64,000 bases of DNA. Origin: Bdellovibrionales bacterium (GTDB lineage: Bacteria; Bdellovibrionota; Bdellovibrionia; Bdellovibrionales; CAYMLA01). The stretch is taken from positions 1,120,001 to 1,184,000 of the forward strand of contig OZ244239.1 in assembly GCA_965217115.1 (NCBI GenBank), written 5' to 3'. This document shows, one piece after another, positions 32,245-41,196 of the stretch. Below the pieces are notes generated by a model, which made no database searches, was not told where the DNA came from, and saw only the letters and a program-made list of their open reading frames with translations. A program made the position numbers and the translations under genes. How positions within the stretch are numbered: the first letter of the stretch is position 1; every line of letters begins with the position of its first letter.

Positions 32245-32856
32245 ATGAATTTTATCGCTTTTGATTTAGAAACAACTGGGACTATGGCTTCTATTGACAG
32301 CATCATTGAGATTGGAGCTGTTCGCTTCATCAATGGTAAACCATCAGATATTTTTTCAACACTCGTCGATCCTCAGCGTGACATTTCTCCTGCTGCTTCT
32401 GCAGTTAACGGCATCACCAGAGACATGGTTCATGGGAAACCTCTTATTGAAAACCTGCTCTCTCCTTTTGCTGAATTTTGTGGGGACGATCCCATTGTTG
32501 CCCACAATGCTCCTTTTGATGTGCAGTTCCTCTCAGCAGATATCAAAAAATTTGAATCGCCAGCACCTAAAGGTATTGTTCTCGATACTTTGCCCATCGC
32601 ACGCAAAATATTCCCTGGTCTCGCCAACTACAAACTGGGTACTCTCGTACAACATCTAAACATCCCCGCTTCTAATTTTCACCGAGCCGAAGAAGACGCC
32701 TCCTACTGTGGCTATTTATTTTGGAAAATGATTTTAAAAATTTCATCCACGGGTGATGTCCCCCTAGAAAACTTAATTGCCCTAACAGGAAAAAATAAAA
32801 GCTATTTTCCACAAATTGAGAGACGGCACAAACAACTCTCCTTGCTCGATTTTTAA
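32245..32856 (+). CDS. DEDDh 3'-5' exonuclease (DnaQ/PolC-exo-like)
   Basis: AFDLETTG, AHNAPFD, HRAEEDA; start placed at ATG 32245 (ORF track starts 32209). Confidence 0.9.
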   Translation: MNFIAFDLETTGTMASIDSIIEIGAVRFINGKPSDIFSTLVDPQRDISPAASAVNGITRDMVHGKPLIENLLSPFAEFCGDDPIVAHNAPFDVQFLSADIKKFESPAPKGIVLDTLPIARKIFPGLANYKLGTLVQHLNIPASNFHRAEEDASYCGYLFWKMILKISSTGDVPLENLIALTGKNKSYFPQIERRHKQLSLLDF

Positions 32857-32878
32857 TCCCATTTTTTTTAGTTAAAAA

Positions 32879-34519
32879 CTAACGCATCGCTAAGGGCATA
32901 CGACGGCCCAAACCAAAACTATGTTTAGAAACTTTCAAAATCGGTGAAGCCTGCCAACGCTTAAATTCATTTTTAATAACCATGCCCTGAATTTTTTTTT
33001 CTATTTCTCCCCTAGCTCGACCACTCTTTGTTATCAATTTTTCCACAGCTTTATCCAGTTGGTCATAGTTGGGCAGCTCATCCTCATCCTTTTGATCAGG
33101 ACGAAGCTCTGCCGAAGGGGGACGCTCAATAATAAATTTAGGAATTAACCCCGTCGAAGATAAATCATCTCTGCTGCCTTGCCCATTATAATGTGCAGCT
33201 AATTCGTAAACTTGTTTTTTCAATAAATCCCCTATGGGAGCCAGACCTCCACACATATCACCATAAAGAGTGGTGTAACCCGTCGCATATTCACTTTTGT
33301 TACCTGTAGAAATTAATAAACTTCCCCTTTGATTTGAGAAGGCCATTAAAAAATTCCCACGAATACGAGCCTGCAAGTTTTCATGAACAAAACTAAACTC
33401 TTCCAAACTGATACTGTCTTTTAATGCCTCAACCATAATATCAAAAGTTTTCTGAATGGGTAACTCTAGCCACTCAACCCCAAGGGTTTCTGCTAATTCT
33501 TTAGCTGTCTGCAAACTCCTTGGGTCATTATAAGAGCTTGGCAGCCCCACTGCTGTCACAGATGAGGCCCCTAAAGCATCAACCAACAGGCAAAGAACTA
33601 CCGCCGAATCAACTCCCCCACTGAGCCCCAAATGGGCTTTGCTAAAACCACTTTTTTCAACGTAATCTCGTATCCCTAAAACAAGGGCTTGACGTCTTTT
33701 TTCAACATCTAGCTCAATCTCTGGACGGGACCCCCCATGACAACGGGGAAAATCAAACACTAAGATATCCTCTTCAAATCCACGGGCTTGAGCTAACTTA
33801 GCTCCATCGGCCCCCATAACAAAACTCGATCCATCAAAAATCAATTCATCCTGTCCACCAATAAGGTTTGCATAAATCAATGGTGCTTTAAAATAACGGG
33901 ATGTTTTTTCCGCCACACGCTCCCTCTCTCCCTGCTTTCCTATATAAAACGGTGATGCACTCAAATTCAAAATACAATCTACAGATTTTTTATCAATTCG
34001 ATTTAAGGGGTTTTCACCATAAATGCTCTTTCCCTCTTCATCAGGCCATGCCCAAATATCTTCACACACTGTTACAAGAAATTTGGATCCTTTAAAGCTA
34101 AGAATGTTCTTTTCTACTCTACCACTTTCAATGTACCGAGCTTCATCAAAAACATCATAACTAGGCAGAAGTTCCTTAGAAAAAATCTGTGCCTTTTTTC
34201 CTTTTTGTAAAAAAACTGCCGAATTAAAGAAAGGCTTGCCACCTTTTTTTTGATTAAAAGACAGTGCTCCTATCAATACCCCCATTCCTGTGGGGATTTT
34301 TTTATGAATTTGTTCTAAGCACTTCCACTGTCTCTCGACAACGTCAGGGATATCAAGTAAATCCATTGGGTGATACCCCAACAACGAACACTCTGGAAAA
34401 ATAACAAGCGAACAACGATGGTCATTCGCCTTAAATATCATCTCAAGAATTTTTTTTGAGTTCTTAGAACATTGACCCAGATGAGAGTTCATCTGAGCAA
34501 TAGCTATTTTCATCATCAT
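32879..34519 (-). CDS. nadE: Glutamine-dependent NAD+ synthetase
   Basis: Nitrilase domain (IFPE, KELLPSYDVFDE, VCEDIW) plus GLSGGVDS, ENLQARIRG, TGNKSE, TLYGD, PPSAELRPDQ; start likely at the MMM run. Confidence 0.96.
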   Translation of the reverse strand: MMMKIAIAQMNSHLGQCSKNSKKILEMIFKANDHRCSLVIFPECSLLGYHPMDLLDIPDVVERQWKCLEQIHKKIPTGMGVLIGALSFNQKKGGKPFFNSAVFLQKGKKAQIFSKELLPSYDVFDEARYIESGRVEKNILSFKGSKFLVTVCEDIWAWPDEEGKSIYGENPLNRIDKKSVDCILNLSASPFYIGKQGERERVAEKTSRYFKAPLIYANLIGGQDELIFDGSSFVMGADGAKLAQARGFEEDILVFDFPRCHGGSRPEIELDVEKRRQALVLGIRDYVEKSGFSKAHLGLSGGVDSAVVLCLLVDALGASSVTAVGLPSSYNDPRSLQTAKELAETLGVEWLELPIQKTFDIMVEALKDSISLEEFSFVHENLQARIRGNFLMAFSNQRGSLLISTGNKSEYATGYTTLYGDMCGGLAPIGDLLKKQVYELAAHYNGQGSRDDLSSTGLIPKFIIERPPSAELRPDQKDEDELPNYDQLDKAVEKLITKSGRARGEIEKKIQGMVIKNEFKRWQASPILKVSKHSFGLGRRMPLAMR

Positions 34520-34579
34520 CGCCTTTCTCACAGTGACAGCATGTTCCATGGAGAAACACTCCCTCCACAAAAAGAGACC

Positions 34580-34978
34580 TTAAACTGTGTTTTCTTTTTC
34601 TGTTCGATCCAGGCAAACACGATTACTAAAACCCTCTGAATATCCATGCCAGTGGTTTATCTTTCTTTCTGGATATTTCCAACAATAATATCCATTGCCA
34701 GAGTCTATATCAACAACCCACAAGCCCTGGGGGCGAAGCCCTAGCTTCTCCACCTTAGTTTGCCAAGACTGTATGATTTTGTTAATTTTTTCTTCAAGAA
34801 TCATCACTCTTGCTTCATTTTTTGGATCTATGCCATCAAGCTGATCAACCAGCTCTTGCACCTGACCACTGGCTTTTCTCGTCATACTATAGATAATCAA
34901 GAATAAGCCCTCTGCCTCAGAAATAGAAAAAATCTTTTTCTTAGGCCTCGAAATATCAATAACAGCGTCTAAGTTCAT
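34580..34978 (-). CDS. DUF2203-like protein
   Basis: FSISEAEGL.., GLWVVDID, YYCWKYPE..I.HWH..EGFSNR pattern. Confidence 0.75.
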   Translation of the reverse strand: MNLDAVIDISRPKKKIFSISEAEGLFLIIYSMTRKASGQVQELVDQLDGIDPKNEARVMILEEKINKIIQSWQTKVEKLGLRPQGLWVVDIDSGNGYYCWKYPERKINHWHGYSEGFSNRVCLDRTEKENTV

Positions 34979-35201
34979 CCCCCCCCCTTTTTTTTCGCAA
35001 ACTCCTTACAGAGCCCTGCCTATCTACAGACACCCCAATCCCTCTTTAAGGTTAGCCTCTCAAAAGACGAACTAAGATGACAACTCAACTTCATGCTTAA
35101 ACCACAAAGAGTCAAAGTTTTCCCTCTTTCCATCAAGTTTGAATTTTTTTCTCTAAATACAGAGTTAGGAAAGAAACACTCTTAATTCTGGGCGCTCTGC
35201 G

Positions 35202-36077
35202 TCATTTCTCTGCCCCTTTGATGATGGATAGGGCTTGGTTTCCAACAAAGATAATCACTCCAAGGGCCACGACGATTATAATTAATAACTTGATCAGGTA
35301 TCCAAAGGAAAAGCCTTCCTCTTTCTCCTCTATTTTTTTCTCTTTTTTTGAAATATTCAATGGCACCCTCTTCGGCTTAGACCCGCTCTCTTCCTCTTCG
35401 GTTTGAGCGACAACTCTTTTCTCCTCCTCTTTTTTCTTCTTTTTCTGCTGATCAGAAAAAAACTCTCCTGCCATCGCTTTGATTCGGCGATGCTTTTTCC
35501 TCTGCACGAGAGATTGACCTGTATTGGCTGAAAAGAACTTATCCCCCCCTTCTCCTCCTCCTGCTTTAACTCTTTTGGCCTGACCATTCTTATTCCGTTC
35601 CGATGCTGAACCAGAGCCTCCATCATTAATACCCGAAATTCCGTTTGCGCCCCCGCCTCTTCCCGCCGTAACGCGACCAGATTTTCGCTGCCCCCGCCGA
35701 GAGCCCTGACTCGCTCCTGCTCCTGCTCCTGCTTTCCCGTCGCCCGCAGTGCCCTCCACTTCGGGCCTACCATTTGCCAGAGAAAACGGCTCGTATTCAA
35801 TATCACAAATAGCTTCTGCTCTTTGTTCGCTTCCTAAGTTAGGCAACTCACCTGTTTCAAGTAAACAAGAGACATAGCCACCCATATAGCTTTCAACAAA
35901 ATAACCAAATGCTCTGTTAAATTGAGAAATAACCCCTATGATAATAGAAACAACCACAATTAAAATTAAAAGATACTCAATAACACCCTGACCATCTTCA
36001 TTACGCACTCCCCTCAAACTAGACTTTAAAAAAAAACGTCCTCTGGAAAAAAATTTTTTTTGTGGTAAACTTATCAT
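35202..36077 (-). CDS. Flp/TadE-like prepilin-motif protein with disordered middle and C-terminal TM
   Basis: NEDG^QGVIEYLLILIVVV prepilin motif; Gly/Lys-rich region; second hydrophobic helix at the C-terminus; exact start uncertain. Confidence 0.7.
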   Translation of the reverse strand: MISLPQKKFFSRGRFFLKSSLRGVRNEDGQGVIEYLLILIVVVSIIIGVISQFNRAFGYFVESYMGGYVSCLLETGELPNLGSEQRAEAICDIEYEPFSLANGRPEVEGTAGDGKAGAGAGASQGSRRGQRKSGRVTAGRGGGANGISGINDGGSGSASERNKNGQAKRVKAGGGEGGDKFFSANTGQSLVQRKKHRRIKAMAGEFFSDQQKKKKKEEEKRVVAQTEEEESGSKPKRVPLNISKKEKKIEEKEEGFSFGYLIKLLIIIVVALGVIIFVGNQALSIIKGAEK

Positions 36078-36107
36078 AACATCATCCTAACACAGTGAGA
36101 CTCTATC

Positions 36108-37130
36108 TTGAAAAAAAACACTCTTCCCCTTCTTCTTTCCGTCCTTTTTTTTATCTTGCGATCACCTCAAAGCCTAGCCATAGAGCCAGATTCTCCCCAA
36201 CTCTCAACAAAATCTCAAGTGCAGCTCGCCTATAAATACGTTAAAAACAATCTTTCTCAACAGGCGATATCTCTATTAAAACCAAAACTAGGTACGCTGA
36301 AAAAAAAAGGGCTTCTTGTTCTAGCAAAAGCCTATCGAATGGAAAAAGATCACTCTCAAGAAATTAAGATTCTCAATCTACTCTTACTTAAACAACCGAA
36401 GAACGCCTCAATATTAACTCTCTTTGGCAATGCCCTCTTAAAGTCCAAAGACACTGATAGCGCCGTTCTCTACTACCGCAAAGCCATTAAAGCCAACCCA
36501 AAATACTCCAAAGCCTATTACAGTCTACTCAACGCCTTTGAGAGCTCTGTAAAGAAAAACCCCAGATTCCGCTATGAACAGAGGGAAATTCTATCTGATA
36601 TGATCAAAGTCTTCGGTCACAAACATCAATTCTATAGCAGGTTTTGTCGCCTTTACTCCAAAGACGGCTTTTTGGAAGAGACCGTCAAACATTGCAAAAT
36701 TGCCATCAAAAAAAACAACAAGCTTCCAGCTAATTATATTTTCTTAGGCACAGCTCTTTTAGAACTAGGTCAGACATCTAAAGGAGAGAAACAGATTTTT
36801 TCTGCAGCCAAGAGGTTTCCTCAATCCCCCTTTGCCCAAGAGGCTGCTGGGAAGAGGGCATTAACTAAAAATGATTACCCCTCAGCCAAAAAATATTACT
36901 CTCTTTGTATTAAGGCCTCTTCTTTAAAAAAAGAGAACTGCCTTCTTGGTTTGGCTGAAAGCTCCTATGAATTACGAGAATTTTTTCTCGCTCTTAAGTA
37001 TTACAAAGCCGCTTGCCAAGAAGAGAGGCTTTTTACAAAAAAATTTCGCCTAGCCACCGCCAATCTACGTTCAGCGGCACGACGGAAGTGGCATTTAAAA
37101 TTCTCTAATGGTCTTGACACTTGTCGTTAG
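36108..37130 (+). CDS. Exported TPR-repeat protein
   Basis: Signal peptide; TPR-like helices (YRKAIKANPKYSKAYYSL, YIFLGTALLELG). Confidence 0.8.
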   Translation: MKKNTLPLLLSVLFFILRSPQSLAIEPDSPQLSTKSQVQLAYKYVKNNLSQQAISLLKPKLGTLKKKGLLVLAKAYRMEKDHSQEIKILNLLLLKQPKNASILTLFGNALLKSKDTDSAVLYYRKAIKANPKYSKAYYSLLNAFESSVKKNPRFRYEQREILSDMIKVFGHKHQFYSRFCRLYSKDGFLEETVKHCKIAIKKNNKLPANYIFLGTALLELGQTSKGEKQIFSAAKRFPQSPFAQEAAGKRALTKNDYPSAKKYYSLCIKASSLKKENCLLGLAESSYELREFFLALKYYKAACQEERLFTKKFRLATANLRSAARRKWHLKFSNGLDTCR

Positions 37131-37190
37131 ATTTCAAGGAAAGGCCATGATGCAACGGAGGTGTGTGAAAAGACGCCTTTGCAAAACAGT

Positions 37191-37751
37191 TTAAGAAAAC
37201 CACCCTCTGAACTCTTCACTCGGCTCCAAGACAATCTGTACATCTACAACCTGAGATTTATAAGGTTCTCTCTCTCTTAATTCAGAACAGACTCCATCGA
37301 TTTTCACTCTCTTACCTGTTCCGACAACATAACTATAAGTCATCTGACTGCGAAGGCTTTTAATTTCTACAATCTCGCAGCCCCTCTCCTGTAAAACATC
37401 TCCCAGCTCTAAACTGTCTAAAGTTGATTTTGTTTCAACAATAATAAACGCCTCACTATCAACAAGATCATTCAATGAATAGAGGCTTTTTAATAGGTCC
37501 TCGCTCGGCTCTTCTAAAAATAAAATCCTCTGTTCTTTTTTGCCATTGTTAACTTCAATCACTGCCTTTTTGACCTCAAATAAATCCTGTGGCTTGCCCT
37601 GTAAAATAATCAAGAACAAACCATTGGGCTGGGGTGTTGCCTCAACAGTTTCAATTTCGATTCCTCGCTTTTTTACGAAGGAAGAAATCCTATTAAAAAC
37701 TCCATACCCTTGGCCTACGCCTTTTATCTCTAAGCCCAAAATCGATTTCAA
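37191..37751 (-). CDS. Divergent tandem-BMC-domain (PduT-like) shell protein
   Basis: 186 aa; two BMC-like halves (LGLEIKGVGQG..GLFLIILQG and AFIIVETKS..SYVVGTG) align by eye end-to-end with PduT as recalled. Confidence 0.65.
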   Translation of the reverse strand: MKSILGLEIKGVGQGYGVFNRISSFVKKRGIEIETVEATPQPNGLFLIILQGKPQDLFEVKKAVIEVNNGKKEQRILFLEEPSEDLLKSLYSLNDLVDSEAFIIVETKSTLDSLELGDVLQERGCEIVEIKSLRSQMTYSYVVGTGKRVKIDGVCSELREREPYKSQVVDVQIVLEPSEEFRGWFS

Positions 37752-37827
37752 AATTAGCTCCTTAGTCTTTTCCTTTTAGACCTATCTAAAGATAACTCTT
37801 AATGCAAACTTTTGGCTAGCATATTCA

Positions 37828-37844
37828 TGTCTCATTTTGAGACA
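37828..37844. promoter_or_regulatory. Perfect palindrome TGTCTCA-TTT-TGAGACA between the BMC-like gene and flp
   Basis: 7-3-7 inverted repeat in the divergent intergenic region; sigma28-like -10 (CCCGATAC) at 37899-37906. Confidence 0.6.
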
Positions 37845-38010
37845 AAACTCTATTTCTTATAATTAAGAGAGTTCTCTCTTATGAATTTTTTATTTTTACC
37901 CGATACCTTTAATAGACCGTAGGGAGAAGCGATCTCTCTACTTGTTTTCATAGAGACACAGGAAATATGGTGTCTCAATGAAACCACATAACTTTAAGGA
38001 GATCTGACAG

Positions 38011-38202
38011 ATGAATAAAACAAAAACATTTTTTAAAAATCTTTGGAAAGACGAATCCGCTCAAGGCGCCACTGAATACATTCTTCTTCTTGTTGTCGTC
38101 GTCGGGTTAGCTATGATTTTTAAAGAACAGATTAAAAGTGTTGTCGGTGACAAGGTCAGCGAAATCGGTAGTGCAATCCGTTCTTTTTCCACAGGTGGTT
38201 AA
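38011..38202 (+). CDS. flp: Flp (type IVb/c) major pilin
   Basis: AAGGAG RBS; LWKDESA^QGATEYILLL Flp motif; 63 aa. Confidence 0.93.
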   Translation: MNKTKTFFKNLWKDESAQGATEYILLLVVVVGLAMIFKEQIKSVVGDKVSEIGSAIRSFSTGG

Positions 38203-38208
38203 TCAAAG

Positions 38209-38400
38209 ATGACCACAGAATTCGTCCTGCTACTATCTCTATTTGCCACTGTCTTACTTGTGGCTCTAACAAGAGTCCCGCGGGAGACTTTTGTTAAATC
38301 AGGCCCGAAGCTGGCTGCTAGAATTGAAAGGCATCTTGCCACGGGTCGAGACTTTCGCCCAAAAGGAGAGGGTCCAACGCAATGGCTAAGGCCTAGGTAA
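38209..38400 (+). CDS. Second Flp-like pilin lacking an evident leader
   Basis: MTTEFVLLLSLFATVLLVAL pilin-like helix; 6 nt after the flp stop. Confidence 0.65.
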   Translation: MTTEFVLLLSLFATVLLVALTRVPRETFVKSGPKLAARIERHLATGRDFRPKGEGPTQWLRPR

Positions 38401-38439
38401 CGCTAAAACGGTGCCTATTCGTTTGTTGGGGAACATCTT

Positions 38440-38964
38440 ATGTTGTGGACGGACTTTTTTACAAATCCTAAAAATCTTGTCGGTACGGGGCTTCTTCTAA
38501 TAGGAATTGCTGATGACCTTAGATCAAGAAAGTTTCACAACTGGCTTTTTTTAACGACCCTCTTTGTCTCCATAACAACTCTTCTTCTCGTTGAAGGCCT
38601 TAGTTCCCTCTGGGTTGGCCTTGCCGGGGCATCAGCCGCTTTTGTCTTCGCCCTTCCCTTAGTTATGACAAAAGCCATCGGAGCTGGAGACATGAAGCTC
38701 TTCGTTGCTCTCTGCTTCTTAACAACGTGGAGAGGTTCTCTGAATATTCTCATTCTCTCTGTCGTTTGGGGGGCGGCCCTCGGTGTTATACAGATTCTTC
38801 TTAGCAGACAACTTCCCTCTTTCACGTCTAACCTTCTGGGGATTGTCACTCGAAAATCCAAAGATCAAGAGCTAAAACTCCATCAAATTCCCTACACCAT
38901 CGCCTTGTTCCTCGGGTGGCTAAGCTATTACAGCCTTATTCCTCTTGGTTGGGAAATTTTATGA
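38440..38964 (+). CDS. cpaA: Prepilin peptidase CpaA/TadV (A24)
   Basis: DDLRSRKFHN and GAGDMKL catalytic Asp motifs, IPYTIA C-terminal motif. Confidence 0.9.
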   Translation: MLWTDFFTNPKNLVGTGLLLIGIADDLRSRKFHNWLFLTTLFVSITTLLLVEGLSSLWVGLAGASAAFVFALPLVMTKAIGAGDMKLFVALCFLTTWRGSLNILILSVVWGAALGVIQILLSRQLPSFTSNLLGIVTRKSKDQELKLHQIPYTIALFLGWLSYYSLIPLGWEIL

Positions 38965-39218
38965 AAAATAAACTCAAAAATGAAAACGGCCAAATGGCCA
39001 TTGAAATGCTCCTTATCATGATTACTCTTTTTATTGCAATCACCTTTGTTTCTAAACAAATGAAAGACCAGGGGTTCCTCGCCTCCCTCGTTCAGTCCCC
39101 TTGGACTCAGTTAGCAGGCATGATTGAAAGTGGTTCATGGGCCAAAGCCGAAGACGCTCGCACACAACATCCCAATAATCAAAAACGCCATATTAGTTAT
39201 CGTGGAGACAATAGATAA
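38961..39218 (+). CDS. TadE-like minor pilin
   Basis: ATG 38961 overlapping the cpaA stop; NENG^QMAIEMLLI prepilin motif. Confidence 0.8.
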   Translation: MKNKLKNENGQMAIEMLLIMITLFIAITFVSKQMKDQGFLASLVQSPWTQLAGMIESGSWAKAEDARTQHPNNQKRHISYRGDNR

Positions 39219-39799
39219 TGATCAAAAATCAAAAAGGTCTTATTACTTTGGATTTTGTTTTTGCTCTCACTCTTGCAATGGGGTTTAGCGCTATTTTATT
39301 TGCCATGGCGTTCACTTTATCCGTCGTTGAAATCACCCAGTACATCACCTTTGCCTCCGCTCGAAGTTATTTTCTCGGACACACAAGTCAAGACAATCAA
39401 AGGGCTTTGGCTGAAAAAAAATATAATAACCTCGTTACTAACAATGTCCTTGGCAGTTTTTATCGCAATGGCTGGTTTGAGCTAAAAGGTCCAGATATTA
39501 ATGACTTCACCTCTGATTACACGAACTCTGACAAAGGGGCCCCTTTCATCGGAGTTCGAGTTCAGTTAAATGCAAAAATGCTCGCTTTTCGCATTCCACT
39601 TTACGGTTCGACAACCGAAGATGATGACGCCTTTAAAACAAACATCGGTAGCTTTCTCTCTCGAGAGCCAACCTCTGATGAGTGTTTAGTCTTTATGGAA
39701 AATCGTTTTAGAGCCATTAAACAAATAGACCCCTCACGCTTCAATTCAGCGACAAACATCTCAAGCCAAATCCCTATTATTACGGATAACGGGTGTTAA
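39218..39799 (+). CDS. TadE/TadG-like minor pilin
   Basis: NQKG^LITLDFVFAL motif, ASAR helix, C-terminal TDNGC. Confidence 0.75.
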   Translation: MIKNQKGLITLDFVFALTLAMGFSAILFAMAFTLSVVEITQYITFASARSYFLGHTSQDNQRALAEKKYNNLVTNNVLGSFYRNGWFELKGPDINDFTSDYTNSDKGAPFIGVRVQLNAKMLAFRIPLYGSTTEDDDAFKTNIGSFLSREPTSDECLVFMENRFRAIKQIDPSRFNSATNISSQIPIITDNGC

Positions 39800-39800
39800 A

Positions 39801-40298
39801 ATGAATCTTCATACAAAAAAAAGACCCCTCTACAAGAGTGAACAGGGTATGGCGACCATCGAAACCATTCCATTGCTTATTATTTTTCTCATTCTTCTGA
39901 GCTATGCCATTGGCTATTTTGGCGCCATTCACACGGGAATACTCCACTCCATAGCAGCCCGTAACTACGCTTTTGAAACTTTTCGACACCGTCCCAATTT
40001 GACCTATTTTCGTGACAGACAAGAGCCTAGGTACCTTGGTTTCTACTATCAAGAAACACAGGTCCGATTCCACTCTATTAGCTCAGGAAGCGCTGACGAT
40101 CAATTTATGGCGACAGAACGTCCTATTTCCGTTGGACTGAACAGCTCAAATTCTGAAAAAATCGGACGAGATTCGCAGACACATAATAATCGTGTTCCCG
40201 CTATTGCAAGTAATCAAAGAAATGCCGATGAGTCTGTAAACCCCATCTGGGTCAAAACCAGCTATGGAATATGTATTAATGCTGCTTGTGGAGAGTAA
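39801..40298 (+). CDS. TadE-like minor pilin
   Basis: SEQG^MATIETIPLL motif, AARNYAF. Confidence 0.8.
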   Translation: MNLHTKKRPLYKSEQGMATIETIPLLIIFLILLSYAIGYFGAIHTGILHSIAARNYAFETFRHRPNLTYFRDRQEPRYLGFYYQETQVRFHSISSGSADDQFMATERPISVGLNSSNSEKIGRDSQTHNNRVPAIASNQRNADESVNPIWVKTSYGICINAACGE

Positions 40299-40300
40299 TT

Positions 40301-41191
40301 ATGAATCAAAATGAGACACGTACACTATGGATTTCTGTTGCCGCCGGCCTTTTTGCCGTTTTTCTTCTCTACAGCTACTCTCAAGAAAAAAAATCCGAAT
40401 ATGACAAAAAATACGGCTCACGCAAACGTGTTGTCGTCGCTAAAGTCGACATCGCCGCCATGCAAACCCTCGATGACACAATGCTAGACATTCTGGAAAA
40501 ACCCGTCGACTTTATCGAACCTGAGGCCATGACTGACCCCCAAATAGCCGTCGGTCAAGTCGCCGCCACAGCCATCAAAAAGGGCGAACAAGTTCTCTCC
40601 ACTAAACTTCTAATTCCAGGCCCTGACACAGGAATTGCCCTACAAATTGCCCCTAATCGTCGAGCTATCTCTATTCCCACCGACGAAATACGGGGAATTG
40701 GAAAACTCATACGTCCCGGTGATCGCATCGATATTATTGCCGCACTAGACGTTGGTAAGGGTGCCAACCAAAAAAGAGAAATTAAAACAATTCTGCAAAA
40801 AGTTCCTGTACTGGCCACTGGTGTTAACATCGTCAATAACATCCCTCGACTTCTCGATGTAGAAACAAATCCCAAGGACCCTGCATGGGTCAGACTCGCC
40901 AGCGACTCCGACTATTCAACCATCACTGTCGAAGTTAGCCCAGAAGATGCACAGAAATTAGTCTATATACTTTCAACGGCCCCTGGAAATTTATTTCTCT
41001 CTCTAAGAAACCCTAACGATATTACAAACAAACGAAACCTACGGGTAACAACAGTCGAAAGCGTACTGGGGAAAACCCAAATTTCACAAATTCGAAAAAC
41101 ATTTCGTAAACCCTCCTCTCGTCTGTCTCCAAAGATCAGCAAACCGAAAAAGAGAACAAAGAAAAGGAAAACACGTTTTATTCCCTTGTAA
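40301..41191 (+). CDS. cpaB: Flp pilus assembly protein CpaB/RcpC
   Basis: N-terminal TM, VVVAKVDI SAF domain, RRAISIP, IRPGDRIDII, ILQKVPVLATG, LSLRNP. Confidence 0.92.
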   Translation: MNQNETRTLWISVAAGLFAVFLLYSYSQEKKSEYDKKYGSRKRVVVAKVDIAAMQTLDDTMLDILEKPVDFIEPEAMTDPQIAVGQVAATAIKKGEQVLSTKLLIPGPDTGIALQIAPNRRAISIPTDEIRGIGKLIRPGDRIDIIAALDVGKGANQKREIKTILQKVPVLATGVNIVNNIPRLLDVETNPKDPAWVRLASDSDYSTITVEVSPEDAQKLVYILSTAPGNLFLSLRNPNDITNKRNLRVTTVESVLGKTQISQIRKTFRKPSSRLSPKISKPKKRTKKRKTRFIPL

Positions 41192-41196
41192 CCAAA

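Noticed and set aside
37150..37185. GC-rich hairpin between the TPR and BMC-like genes as a riboswitch
   Set aside because: Lies between convergent 3' ends; more simply a terminator-like stem with no aptamer consensus
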